DNA of 64,000 nt from Octopus vulgaris (taxonomy: Eukaryota), in NCBI GenBank assembly GCA_951406725.2, contig OX597815.1, positions 68,882,001 to 68,946,000 on the forward strand, in the 5' to 3' direction. The notes beneath the pieces are model-generated. The model searched no databases. It saw only the letters and a list, made by a program, of their open reading frames with translations, and had not been told where the DNA came from. Below, piece by piece: positions 13,163 to 25,455 of this stretch; the stretch's first letter is position 1; each line of letters begins with the position of its first letter. A program made the translations under genes and the position numbers.

Positions 13163-15656
13163 AGGAGACAGGTATATTTAGCCAGAGGGGAAGCAGATAG
13201 GAAAAAATTTGCCAATGTTCTGCGCTGTGAGGTGTTTCATGTTGCAAGACAGTGTGTGAGAGAGAATCATGATGTGGTAGGAAAGAAATATGTTTGCATG
13301 GATGATGGTTCACTTGTGCTAAATGAGGATGCAAAGAGAGAGGTTTGGAGATGCCACTATGAAAGGTTGCTCAACAAAGAGAATGAATGGGATAAAGAGA
13401 GTCTGCCAAATGTCGACCCAATAGAGGGACCAGCTATCCGAGTTGACAGTTCCATGGTAGTTAAGGCAATTAGAAGCATGAAGACAGGGAAAGCCCCAGG
13501 CCCATCAGGAATTACTGCTGAGATGCTCAAAATATCTGGCAGTGTCGGCTATAGCCTAGTCACCCGTATAGTTAACCAGGTGATACACGAAGGAGTCATA
13601 ACCAATGACTGGTGTAGTAGCATAATAGTCAATTGCTACAAAGGTAAAGGTGACGCCCTAGATACAAATAATTACAGAGGTATCAAGCTGTTGGATCAGG
13701 TAATGAAGGTTACGGAAAGGGTCATAGCCCAACTGATTAGAGAGAGAGTCAACCTGGACGAGATGCAGTTTGGGTTTGTGCCAGGGAAAAGCACCACCAA
13801 TGCCATATTTCTGGTGAGACAGTTGCAGGAGAAATACCTAGCCAAAGATAAAACTCTGTTCCTGGCTTTCGTTGACTTGGAAAAAGCCTTTGACAGGGTT
13901 CCCCGTTCCCTTATCTGGTGGTCAATGAGGAAACTAGGGATAGATGAATGGTTAGTGAGAGCTGTGCGTGCCATGTACAGGGACGCTGTTAGTAAGGTGA
14001 GGGTTGGCAACGTGTACAGTGAAGAATTCCGGGTGGAGGTTGGGGTCCACCAAGGCTCAGTCCTCAGCCCCCTCCTATTTATCATAGTCCTCCAGGCAAT
14101 AACGGAGGAATTCAAGACAGGATGCCCCTGGAAGCTCCTCTATGCTGATGACCTTGCTCTAATTGCTGAATCACTATCAGAACTCAAGGAGAAGTTTCAG
14201 GTGTGGAAGCAAGGATTAGAATCGAAGGGCCTCAGAGTCAATCTAACTAAAACCAAAGTCCTAATAAGTAGGAAGGTAGACAAATCTCAAACGCCTTCAG
14301 GTAGATGGCCCTGCTCGATCTGTAGAAAAGGCGTAGGTAGGAACTCTATAAGATGCACAAGTGTAAGCTATGGACACATAAGAGGTGCAGCAATGTCAAA
14401 GGAAGGCTAACTAGGAATATAGTTTTTGTATGTGGCAGATGCTCTGGTGCAATAAACACTGAAAATGCGCAGAGACCATCTTCCGCCACATTCCAGGGAG
14501 AAAAACTAGAAATAGTTGACAGTTTCCGTTACCTAGGTGATCAAGTCGGTAGTGGGGGTGTGTGTGCCGAAAGTGTAACTGCTAGAGTAAGAATAGCCTG
14601 GGCAAAGTTCAGAGAGCTCTTACCTCTGCTGGTGACAAAAGGCCTCTCGCTCAGAGTAAAAGGCAGACTGTATGACGCATGTGTACGAACAGCCATGCTA
14701 CATGGCAGTGAAACATGGGCTGTGTCATTGATGAGGATATGCGTAAGCTCGCAAGAAATGAAGCCAGTATGCTCCGATGGATGTTTAATGTCAGTGTTCA
14801 TACCCGACAGAGCGTAAGTACCCTGAGAGAAAAGCTGGACCTAAGAAGCATCAGTTGTGGTGTGCAAGAGAGACGTCTACGCTGGTATGGACACGTGGTA
14901 AGAATGGATGAAGATAGTTGTGTGAAAAAGTGCCACACCCTAGCAGTTGAGGGAACCTGTGGAAGAGGTAGACCCAGGAAAACTTGGGATAAGGTGGTGA
15001 AGCACGACCTTTGCTCTTTAGGTCTCACCGAGGAAATGACCAGAGACCGAGACCTTTGGAAGTATGCTGTGCGAGAGAAGACCCGGCAGGACAAGTGAGG
15101 CCATAACCTGTGGCCCCTACCTGGGACGTAGTCAGTCCACCTGTGCATACCTTCCTTCTTGGGACACATAACTCTACTTGTGAAGACCTGTTGAGGCAAG
15201 TGAAAATCAAAATCGAAGAATCAAATCAAATCGAAATCGATCCACATCAATGGAATTTGTAGTTTGTGGTACCAGTGCCGGTGGCACATAAGAGAACCAT
15301 CTGAATGTGGCCGTAGCCAGCACTGCATCGACTGGCCTCCGTGCTGGTGGCACATAACAAACACCATCCGATCGTGGCCGTGTCAGCCCTGCTTGGCCTC
15401 CGTGCCGGTGGCACGTAAAAAACACCATCTGAGCATGGCCGTTTGCCAGCCTCGTCTGGCACCTGTGTCGGTGGCACATAAAAAGCACCCACTACACTCA
15501 CGGAGTGGTTGGCGTTAGGAAGGGCATCCAGCTGTAGAAACACCGCCAGATCTGACTGGCCTGGCACAGCCTTCGGGCTTCCCAGATCCCAGTTAAACCG
15601 TCCAACCCATGATAGCATGGAAAGTGGACGTTAAACGATGATGATGATGATGATGA
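13163..15656 (+). mobile_element. 5'-truncated RTE-clade LINE (RT region, 3' UTR, (GAT)n tail)
   Basis: RT motifs KAPGPSG, NYRGIKLL, QFGF, FVDLEKAFD, GVHQGSVLSP, LLYADD, FRYLG, RLRWYGHV, RGRPRKTW; no endonuclease domain; interrupts a P2 MITE. Confidence 0.95.
13232..15098 (+). pseudogene. RTE reverse transcriptase ORF with two frameshifts (~14358, ~14725), including a PHD-like Cys/His finger
   Basis: Three overlapping ORFs (13232-14410, 14353-14817, 14715-15098) join into one RTE protein. Confidence 0.92.
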
Positions 15657-15813
15657 TATCTAGCCAAAATATTCTATTTGTTTTGTATTCAAACTGGCCA
15701 AATTTAATCCTACAATGTTATACTGAAAGTAAACAACTCCATAATCGAAATCTCAAAGCATGATTAATTCAAAACAATTTGAATAAATAAGCATTACATT
15801 TGACAGAATAATC
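15657..15813 (-). mobile_element. remainder of P2 MITE split by the LINE (other part 13139-13162)
   Basis: TTAA|ccctttagcatttaaactggctat resumes after the LINE as atctagccaaaatattc...tttgacagaataatc, the reverse complement of the 4369 family. Confidence 0.7.
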
Positions 15814-15984
15814 ACATATACTTATATTACACACACACACACATGATTATTTGGGCTTTGGGTATATAGTTAGTAGTATGCCGATTAAAGCACTTTCGTT
15901 GTTTAGGCTATCTGATGTCATCCACAGTTTTGATATGTGTCACTGGATTTATCTCAGGAATTCCACAGTGTTCATTTGGTTTGT

Positions 15985-16300
15985 AATGAATGAAGGAAAT
16001 GGAAAATGGAGTTTGCAAGAATCTTTATTCAATACAATGATCGTTTCAAAACTATCCATTCCTTATCATTATACCCAACAACCTACTGGCAACAACAACA
16101 TGCCAAGCGAAACTGAGTGTATTTAGCAAAGTATCTGATTTAAAACAAGACACCCATGAGAGGCATTCTGCCCTGGAGGATGCAATACAACCAGTTGTAG
16201 AGTATCCCACCTGCAATGGACAGATACATGATGGGTCAAAACGACATTTGTGTTGAATAAAGATTCTTGCAAACTCCATTTTCCATTTTCCTCATTCATT
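15985..16300. mobile_element. fold-back element with ~60 bp inverted arms and degenerate HHR remnants
   Basis: Arms at 15985-16046 and 16239-16300; 16150-16300 is homologous to the HHR element at 57389-57523. Confidence 0.65.
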
Positions 16301-16569
16301 TTGTATATATATGACAAGCTCCTTCCAATTCTTGTGCCCCAAATCCACTATAGCAGAAGAGACTTGCCTAAGGTGGGACTGAACCTGGAACTATGTAGTT
16401 GGGAAGCAAACTTCTTAACAACACAACTATGCTCATGCCTGTCTGTTGATACATTGTTTTATATCACTTTAAATTTTAATTTATTTCATGAAGTGTCAAA
16501 AACTTTTGTAGCTCAATTACAGCCTGATCATTGATACAGTTCCACTACAGTGACTAGGTTGTAGTTTGT

Positions 16570-16870
16570 CCTCCTCCCTGCCCCATCTTCCCCCTCCTCC
16601 TCTTCTTCCCCCTCTCTATCACCATCACCACCATCGTTATCATCATCATGGTCATTACTATCACCATCAATCATCATTGTCATCGTTATTGTTGTCATTA
16701 TTCTCATCCTTGTTATCATCATTGTCATTATCATCATTGTTGACATCATCATCAGCCTCACCCTCATTGTTGTTATCATCATTGTCATTGTCGTCATCAT
16801 CATTGTCCTTATCATTATCCTTATTGTGATCATCTTCATCATTGTCATCACTGTTTTGTCATTATTGTAA
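16570..16870. repeat. (CAT/CATTGT)n low-complexity tract
   Basis: Seen directly. Confidence 0.85.
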
Positions 16871-18468
16871 AATCCTCTTTTCCATACTTCCACTAGTTAG
16901 AACATCTCACTGGGGCAGATTTTCTACAACCTGACTCCCTTCCTGTTATAAAATCACCAGAATTTACTCCATTTTAAAAACATATTGAAGTTCAGTCATT
17001 AATAATGTTCTTAATTACCATAATGTCCTTAATTACCATAGATATATTTTTTGATGTTATACATCAATTCTCTCTATATAGATACCTCTTGATATATCAA
17101 GTGGAAATATTGACATATAATATTACTAGGTGCAGTGCTTGGCTTTGTCCCAAGTTTATGAATACCTAAAATAAGTATAACTATAAATTCACTGTATTTT
17201 CATGAATTGCTTCAAAAGGAAACTGATAGTCATCATTTTGCTGAAGAATCCTGATTCACTTGAAATTCTTGCATGCAAGGAATTCAGAAGATAGTTCAAG
17301 TTGAAGTGTATAAAAATGCACAAAAATGTAATAAATAAGTATACAAACAAATCCTCATAATTTTTCTCATTGTTCTAATGTCTATGTTTCTATGATTGTA
17401 TTAGGAGTATGCTGAAGTTGAGTTTTCTATGGTTGATTGCTCTTTCTGTTGCCAACCCCTGCTTGGAAACAAGTGAGATAATAATCTCATAGTCTATTGA
17501 AAAACAAACAGCTTGGATGGACATGGGTAAATGTAAGAGTATAAATAACTTGGGCTTTTTGAATTGGGGGTGTGAGATATACCACGTCTGGTTTATAAAT
17601 CTTGGAGATGTTAGAAAATGGAATGAAATCTTGGGATAATAAAACACAATTGAAATGTGTGTGTGTGTGTGCATGCGTGCATGTGCAAAACTGGAAACAA
17701 ACAACTTTGTATGGATGTTCTCCAATGATGAAAAACAACAGTGATTAGATTTTCGCCTTTGAATCTGCCAAAATGTAGTAAGGATGAACAGATGCATTAC
17801 ATCTAGGAATGGTTTTCTGAAACATTGAATAAAAGAGGGATTCTAAGGAATTAGTTTTGTATTCTACAGGAATTGTTTTAAGATTATATCAGAAGACTTT
17901 GTTTAATTAGAACTGTAATTAGCACAGGTATATTGCTAATTATCTTAAAAGTATAACTAATTAATGACTGGTGTTGTTCTTTAGATGTCAGCTATCTTTA
18001 TTAGACTAATTATGGACTCTAATACTGTAGCCTGTACAAGTACTGTCCCTGCTATGGCCATCAACCCCATCACCACTACTATCGTCTATACTGCATCATT
18101 ATAATCACTACTATCACCTCCACTTCCTTATCAACACAAAATATAAATCAATCATTTTATTGTCATCATTCTCGTCATTATCATCATCAATATCACTGCT
18201 GCTGCCACTGCTACTACTGAGACATACTGTTGTCAATATCAACACATATACATCCACATCACTCATATTTTACCAACTGTACAGACACATACGTAAACAC
18301 CATACACATCATATGCAGGTACACACACACACACACTACTCATTTATATACACTTAACTATGCATTAAACCCACGCAGCAAATATATGCACATTATTATA
18401 TACACACATATACCTCACACACACATACACACATATACGCACACACAAACATAAATATATATATGTTG

Positions 18469-18806
18469 AAACCCTCTTCAGTCATGACTGACCATGGGAT
18501 TGCACCTAGAAAGCTACACTCCCAGGCACAAGTCTGGGCAAGTTTGTTTATGGAAGACCAGCAGTCGCCCATGCATACCAGACTCCCCTCTCCTCTCCAC
18601 GCCACCAGTATTATCCAAGGGAAAGGCAAAGGCCGATACAGCTTGGCACCTGTGATGTTGCAACTCATTTCTACAGCTGAGTGAACTGGAGCAACATAAA
18701 ATAAAGTGTCTTGCTCAGGAACACAACATGCAGCCTGGTCCGGGATTCGAACTCACAACCTCACGATCGTAAGCTTCACGCTCTGACCACTGAGTCATGC
18801 GCCTTC
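18469..18806 (-). mobile_element. tRNA-head SINE (family 2), well preserved
   Basis: Minus strand GGCGCATGACTCAGTGG A-box, GAGTTCGAATCCC B-box, CORE-like segment. Confidence 0.85.
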
Positions 18807-19008
18807 ATATATATATATATATATATGTGCGTATGTATGTATATATAATATATGTGCGTATGTATGTATATACAATATATATAAGTATATGTATGTGTGT
18901 GTATATGTATATATATATATGTGTGTATATATATGCATATGTCTACATATGTGTGTGTATATGTGTACATATGAGTGTGTGAATATGTATATGTGTATAT
19001 ATGTGTGT

Positions 19009-19039
<31 letters not shown>

Positions 19040-19172
19040 TATTTGTGTGTATATATATGTGTGTATGTATATATATATATATATATATATATGTATTTGT
19101 GTGTATATATATGTGTGTACATATATGTGATTATATATATATATGTGTTTATATGCATATGTATATGCATGC

Positions 19173-19203
<31 letters not shown>

Positions 19204-19417
19204 CACATGGTTTTCAGACAGGACTAACCATGTGTCCTGATCCCAAAGATTCTTTGGAGATACAAGGCATGTTATATAAATTTGCCTAATCTAAGTGTCT
19301 CTATTGCAAAAAACTATTGGTAGATTTTGATTTTAAATATTGTGTACATTGAATGATATTTATCTCTCACTGGATGGAGTACATTTTTGCTGATCCTACT
19401 ATAATGGAACAGCAAAC

Positions 19418-19652
19418 TATTTATTTCTTTATTGCCCACAGGGCGCTAAACATAGAGGGGACAAACATGGACAGACAAAGGGATTAAGTCGATTACATCG
19501 AGCCCAGTGTGTAACTGGTACTTATTAAATCAATCCTGAAAGGATGAAAGGCTAAGTTGACCTCAGCAGAATTTGAACTCAGAATGTAGTGGCAGACGAA
19601 ATACCGAAAAGAATTTCGCCCGGCGTGCTAACGATTCTGCCAGCTCGCTGCC
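19418..19652 (-). mobile_element. SINE family 4 (ggcagcgagctggcagaatcgttagc head)
   Basis: B-box-like GAGTTCAAATTC; homologues near 3749, 25990, 38380, 49510, 52972, 59110 and 62030. Confidence 0.75.
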
Positions 19653-19685
19653 CTATGGAAGAGTAAACTATTCATATATACTTAT

Positions 19686-19980
19686 CATCATCATCATCAT
19701 CATCGTTTAGCGTCCTCTTTCCATGCTGGCATGGGTTGGACGATTTGACTGAGGACTGGCGAAACAGATGGCTGCACCAGGCTCCAATCTGGTCTGGCAG
19801 AGTTTCTACAGTTAGATACCCTTCCTAACGCCAACCACTCCACGAGTGTAGTGGGTGCTTTTATGTGCTGCTGGCATGAGGGCCAGTCAGGCGGTACTGG
19901 CAACGGTCACGCTCAAATGGTGTTTTTTATGTGCCACCTGCACAGGAGCCAGTCCAGTGGCACTGACAACGATCTCATTC
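19686..19980 (-). mobile_element. RTE 3'-tail-type short element ending in (GAT)n
   Basis: Reverse complement of the LINE tail 15400-15656. Confidence 0.8.
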
Positions 19981-19999
19981 AAAAGACATGTATATATAT

Positions 20000-20190
20000 A
20001 GGGATAATTCACAAAAAAAACAAAAGATGAAGATAGGTTGTGTAGACAACAAACAGATGTATTTGTATAACGCTCAGGAATAGAAAAAGTCTTTTACGTT
20101 TCAAGCCTACGCTCTTCCACAGAAAGGAACACAGAAAGAAACAAAGAGAGAAAACAAATGTATGTAGTGGTTAGCAATCTATCATGGCGA
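20000..20190 (-). mobile_element. Penelope-like terminal-repeat fragment (family A), HHR-like motif at 20091-20126; duplicate at 21666-21856
   Basis: Minus strand CTTT-CTGTGGA-A-GAGC-GTAG-GCTT-GAAA-CG-TA-AAAG. Confidence 0.6.
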
Positions 20191-20200
20191 ATATATATAT

Positions 20201-20497
20201 ATCACGTGACCGACCAGACCATCAGATGTTGTTACACATCGCTGGTCACAATGCGTTCACATTGTTTTAGCCTTCGAATGACGCCACCCTGCTGGCTAAG
20301 CGAGCAGGCCAACAGAAGAAAGAGTGGGAGAAAGTGTGGTGAAAGAGTACAGCAGGGATCATCACCCCCTGCCGGAGCCTCATGGAGCTTTTTAGGTGTT
20401 TTCGCTCAATAAACACTCACAACGCCCGGTCTGGGAATTGAAACCGCGATCCTACGACTGCGAGTCCGCCGCCCTAACCACTGGGCCATTGCGCCTC

Positions 20498-20498
<1 letters not shown>
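20201..20498 (-). mobile_element. young tRNA-derived SINE (family 3); duplicate at 21867-22164
   Basis: A-box TGGCCCAGTGG, B-box GGTTTCAATTCC, CpG-rich. Confidence 0.85.
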
Positions 20499-20534
<36 letters not shown>

Positions 20535-20823
20535 TATAAATAATGAGGGAGATAAATTAATATTAATGTGTGTATATATATGCATATGTCTACATATGTG
20601 TGTGTATATGTATATGTGTACATATGAGTGTGTGAATATGTATATGTGTATATATGTGTGTATGTATATATATATATATATATATGTGTATTTGGCAGGG
20701 CAAGACTGCTAGGTAGTTGGCCGTATGCTAGAAATAGATCATCAACGATCAAACTACAAAGGAAGTTCTCTAGAGGAAAAATTCAGCGAACACCAGAACC
20801 AAATTTGGCGGGCAGAACAGATG

Positions 20824-20873
<50 letters not shown>

Positions 20874-21261
20874 GATTCAAGGATCAAGGTGTAGGAAGCA
20901 ATCCATAGAAGATATAAAAAACATCTTTGAATCCCCAACATGTTAACACGATTTCCCAACGACAATGTAAACTTCATATAATCAAGGTATCCTTGGGCTG
21001 CAGAGTAGCTTACTGGCTACCTTGTGTTTGGATAAGTCACTACATCTGATTTTCTACTAACTATGGAACATATGTAGCCTGAACTTTATCTACTCCATTC
21101 CATAAGTTTTTGAATATATATATACAGTACATATATTCATACATACATACACATACAGCAAATATTAAGTCTGTATGTTGACATGTTTTGGTCTCCTGCT
21201 GTGTTAAGGAAGTGAATATATATATATAAATACATATATCTACTTTACAACTGTACCATAC

Positions 21262-21552
21262 AGCAGTATGGTAGATAAGGCAATTAAAAACATGAAAACT
21301 GAGAAAACCCCTGGCCCATCTGGAATCATTGCTGAGATGCTCAAAGTATCCAGTGAGGTAGGATGTGGGTTGGTCACCTGCATAATTTGTCAGGTCATTC
21401 AGGAAGGTGTAATGTCCAGAGACTGGAGTAGGACCACAATTGTTAGATAGAAGCAGCTATAGAGGTATCAAACTCCTGGAAAATTTGATGAAAATTACAG
21501 AGAATTATTGCCCAATGAATTAGGAGTAGAGCTAGGCTAGATGAAATGCAGA
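21262..21552 (+). pseudogene. old RTE LINE fragment
   Basis: MVDKAIKNMKTEKTPGPSGIIAEMLK aligns with the 13232 ORF. Confidence 0.9.
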
Positions 21553-22435
21553 TCAGGCGGTACTGGCAACGGTCACGCTCAAATGGTGTTTTTTATGTGC
21601 CACCTGCACAGGAGCCAGTCCAGTGGCACTGACAACGATCTCATTCAAAAGACATGTATATATATAGGGATAATTCACAAAAAAAACAAAAGATGAAGAT
21701 AGGTTGTGTAGACAACAAACAGATGTATTTGTATAACGCTCAGGAATAGAAAAAGTCTTTTACGTTTCAAGCCTACGCTCTTCCACAGAAAGGAACACAG
21801 AAAGAAACAAAGAGAGAAAACAAATGTATGTAGTGGTTAGCAATCTATCATGGCGAATATATATATATCACGTGACCGACCAGACCATCAGATGTTGTTA
21901 CACATCGCTGGTCACAATGCGTTCGCATTGTTTTAGCCTTCGAATGACGCCACCCTGCTGGCTAAGCGAGCAGGCCAACAGAAGAAAGAGTGGCAGAAAG
22001 TGTGGTGAAAGAGTACAGCAGGGATCATCACCCCCTGCCGGAGCCTCATGGAGCTTTTTAGGTGTTTTCGCTCAATAAACACTCACAACGCCCGGTCTGG
22101 GAATTGAAACCGCGATCCTACGACTGCGAGTCCGCCGCCCTAACCACTGGGCCATTGCGCCTCCACACACACACACACATACATATATATATATTTAAAT
22201 AATGAGGGAGATAAATTAATATTAATTTTAATATCAATTTAAAACCAGAGTCCAGCATACAAAAAATCTGAGAAGTCAGAGAAAATTCTAATATATGTGT
22301 ATATTGGCAGGGCAAGACTGCTAGGTAGTTGGCCGTATGCTAGAAATAGATCATCAACGATCAAACTACAAAGGAAGTTCTCTAGAGGAAAAATTCAGCG
22401 AACACCAGAACCAAATTTGGCGGGCAGAACAGATG

Positions 22436-22485
<50 letters not shown>

Positions 22486-22662
22486 GATTCAAGGATCAAG
22501 GTGTAGGAAGCAATCCATAGAAGATATAAAAAACATCTTTGAATCCCCAACATGTTAACACGATTTCCCAACGACAATGTAAACTTCATATAATCAAGGT
22601 ATCCTTGGGCTGCAGAGTAGCCAGTCCAGTATGGTCCGCACAGCTCGAAGTTAGGTGAATAA

Positions 22663-23022
22663 AAAGCAAATAAGTAACAAGGATGTCCAGGTATCAGTGC
22701 ATTACAGCTGTTTCAAGCAGCTCCATTTAATTGATCAATGGAAACATTACATCAATTTGAAAGAAACTGCTCTCCTCAGAAGCTGACGACCATATAGATT
22801 TCCAACATACAGGATACACCATTGTAATTTTTTTATGATCTTTTAGCAAATTTTTCAATGGGAAATGGAAATGAAAAATTTTCTAAAATATTGTAATGGT
22901 CGTCTGCACAGGAGAAGAGTGGTTTATTTCAAATTGATGTAATGTTTTCATTTATTGATTAAATGGACCTGCTTGAAACAGCCATAATGCACTGATATCT
23001 GGACGTCCCTGTTACTTATTTG

Positions 23023-23026
<4 letters not shown>
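22663..23026. mobile_element. fold-back Penelope-like terminal structure with ~130 bp inverted arms
   Basis: Arms at 22663-22793 and 22897-23026, ending in (TA)n. Confidence 0.85.
22698..22784 (-). ncRNA. type I hammerhead ribozyme with long stem II
   Basis: CUGAGGA (22779-22773), stem II GAGCAGUUUC/GGAGCUGCUU, GAAA-C-AGCU-GUA (palindromic loop), weak stem I GCUU/AUGC with one mismatch. Confidence 0.7.
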
Positions 23027-23072
<46 letters not shown>

Positions 23073-23217
23073 GTAAAATTAATATGTGACAATTATTTGG
23101 TAGCCATGATAAAATTCTTCTATTTACATAATATCGAGGTCTCTTTCATTCTTTTGTTGTCTTACCATTTCTATCAATATATATATATATATATATATAT
23201 GTAGAGAGAGATAGAGA

Positions 23218-23615
23218 GGTGTAGGCATGGCTGTGGTAAGAAGTTCGCTTGTTAGCTTCCCAACTACCATGGTTTTGAATTCAGTCCCATTACGTGGCAC
23301 CTCGGTCAAGAGTCTTATTCTATAGCCTTGGGTTGATGAAAGCTTAGTGAGTAGATTTGATAGATAGAAACCGAAAGAAGCCCATCATATGTGTGTGTGT
23401 GTGTATCTTTGTGTATGTGTTTGTCTGCCACAACTGCCTGACAACCTGTATTGGTATATTTACACCCCTGTAACAGCAGTTTGGCAAAAGAGACTGATAG
23501 AATATATACCAGAGTTTACAAAAAAATTGAGTACTGGGGTCAATAAGTTTCACTAAAATTCTCCAAGGCAGTGTCCCAGCATGGCTGCAATCTTATGACT
23601 TAAATAAGTAAAAGA
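23218..23615 (+). mobile_element. SINE family 1
   Basis: Colinear similarity to the 11813 copy. Confidence 0.8.
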
Positions 23616-23616
23616 T

Positions 23617-23663
<47 letters not shown>

Positions 23664-23931
23664 CGTTAGGAAGGGTATCCAGCCATAGAAACACTGCCAG
23701 ATCTGACTGGGCCTGATGAAGCCTTCCAGCTTCACAGACCCCAGTTGAACCGTCCAACCCATGCTAGCATGGAGAACGGACGCTAAATGATGATGATATA
23801 TATATATATAGACACACACACACACACACAAGTATTGATAAGAGATAAAATTTGATAAGTGTCATTTCATGAGACTCTTGGACCTTGAGTCACTCTGTTG
23901 CTTCTTCTAAATATTAATAAAAATATACATA

Positions 23932-24325
23932 TGTAGGCATTGCTCTGTGGTAAGAAGCTTGCTTCCCAACCACATGGTTCTGGGTTCAGTCCCATTGTCT
24001 AGCACCTTGAGCAAGTGTCCTCTACTATATAGTCTTGGGCTAACCAAAACCCTGTGAGTAGTTTTGGTAGATGGAAACTGAAAGAAGCCTGTTGTGTATA
24101 TATATGTATATATCCATGTGTGTGTGTGGTGTTTGTCCCTTCCATCACCCACTCGACAACCAGTGTTTGGTGTGTTTATGTCCCCGTAACTTAACGGTTC
24201 GGCAGAAGAGACTGATAGAATAAGTACTTGGTTTAAAAAAGAAGCCCTAGGGTCAATTTGTTTGATTAGAATCCTTCAAGATGGTGCTCCAGCATGGCTA
24301 CAGTCAGATGATTGAAACAAATAAA
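23932..24325 (+). mobile_element. SINE family 1
   Basis: Colinear similarity to the 11813 copy. Confidence 0.8.
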
Positions 24326-24655
24326 ATATGCACGCACACACACACACACACTGTATATATCCCTTAACACACACACCACAAACATATGTTGTGCATACTA
24401 TTTATATATCAATATATAGTGGATTATATATCCACTAAAACACAGCACAGGCATACACTTCCCGCTCCCCACTTTCATTCACACACAAACAAACTGCAGT
24501 GCATTACACTAAAGCACCCAGACCCACCACCACATCCCCCACCCCAGCACCAGCCCTGTTAAGAGAGAGAGAATGTCCTAAATTGAACCAAGGTTTTACA
24601 TGACCTCAGTTACTGCTGAACTGATGACTGTTTCACCTCAGCTCTCTCTCTCTCC

Positions 24656-24691
<36 letters not shown>

Positions 24692-25025
24692 ATTTCTCTC
24701 TCTCTGCTTACTAACCACTTCACTGGTATTATTAAAATGGTACTATCATCCATAATCAATAATAGAGATTAACTCACTACCATTATATTCGCATACACAT
24801 ATACAAACATACATGTATGCATGTAACCACACACACAAATACATGTGTGTGTCTGTATGTGTGTGTGTGTTTATGTATACACACATGTACATAGTTACAC
24901 TGTAATTTTCTTACATAAAAGTTTTTTGATGAATTTGGCCTGGTGAATGTGTGTGTATGTGTGTGTGTGTGCACATGCATGCATTTGTGTGAGTTTGTGT
25001 GCATATACATTGATTTGTGTGGTAT

Positions 25026-25060
<35 letters not shown>

Positions 25061-25419
25061 GTGTATGCATATCCTTTCAAATATTTCTTTGTGCACATGA
25101 ACGCACACATACACATGCAATACACACACTCACACATGCACTTACATATGTGTGTGTGTATATATATATATATATATTATCCTCTTCCCTTCCTCATGAT
25201 CACATACTGTAGCAACAATCTCTCTGGCTTCTAACTGCTGTTAACTACTTCTAAATTTATATTCTCACCTGCCATGTTTGTAAATCTCAGTCTGTTGGAT
25301 ATTATTAAAAACAATGACTTGTATAAATTCTTCACCTGAGATTTTTTACCTGTTCTAGTCCTTTTGTGGTCTGGAACAATTCTAAGGAACTTACTTAACT
25401 TGAGTCTTGTTCATTAATC

Positions 25420-25455
25420 ATGATACCTAGTGTACTCCAAGGGGTTGGTTTTCAG
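25420..25455 (+). CDS. candidate alternative first coding exon (MIPSVLQGVGFQ)
   Basis: Unique sequence 25200-25460; ATCATGA start; strong donor CAG|GTAAGA in phase 0. Confidence 0.4.

Larger units (their letters stand above)
19887..22621 (+). repeat. recent ~1.1 kb direct duplication (19887-21009 and 21553-22621)
   Basis: Near-identical sequence; the same ORFs are reported at 20158/21824 and 20725/22337. Confidence 0.95.

Noticed and set aside
15270-15490. Repeat-spacer-like array resembling CRISPR
   Set aside because: Eukaryotic context, spacers related to each other, no cas genes; part of a LINE 3' end.
17237-17290. CTGAAGA...GAAA with palindromic ttcttgcatgcaag
   Set aside because: No credible stem II and no element context; probably chance.
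18730-18806. tRNA-like sequences here and at 20420-20498
   Set aside because: They are SINE heads continuous with SINE bodies, not tRNA genes.
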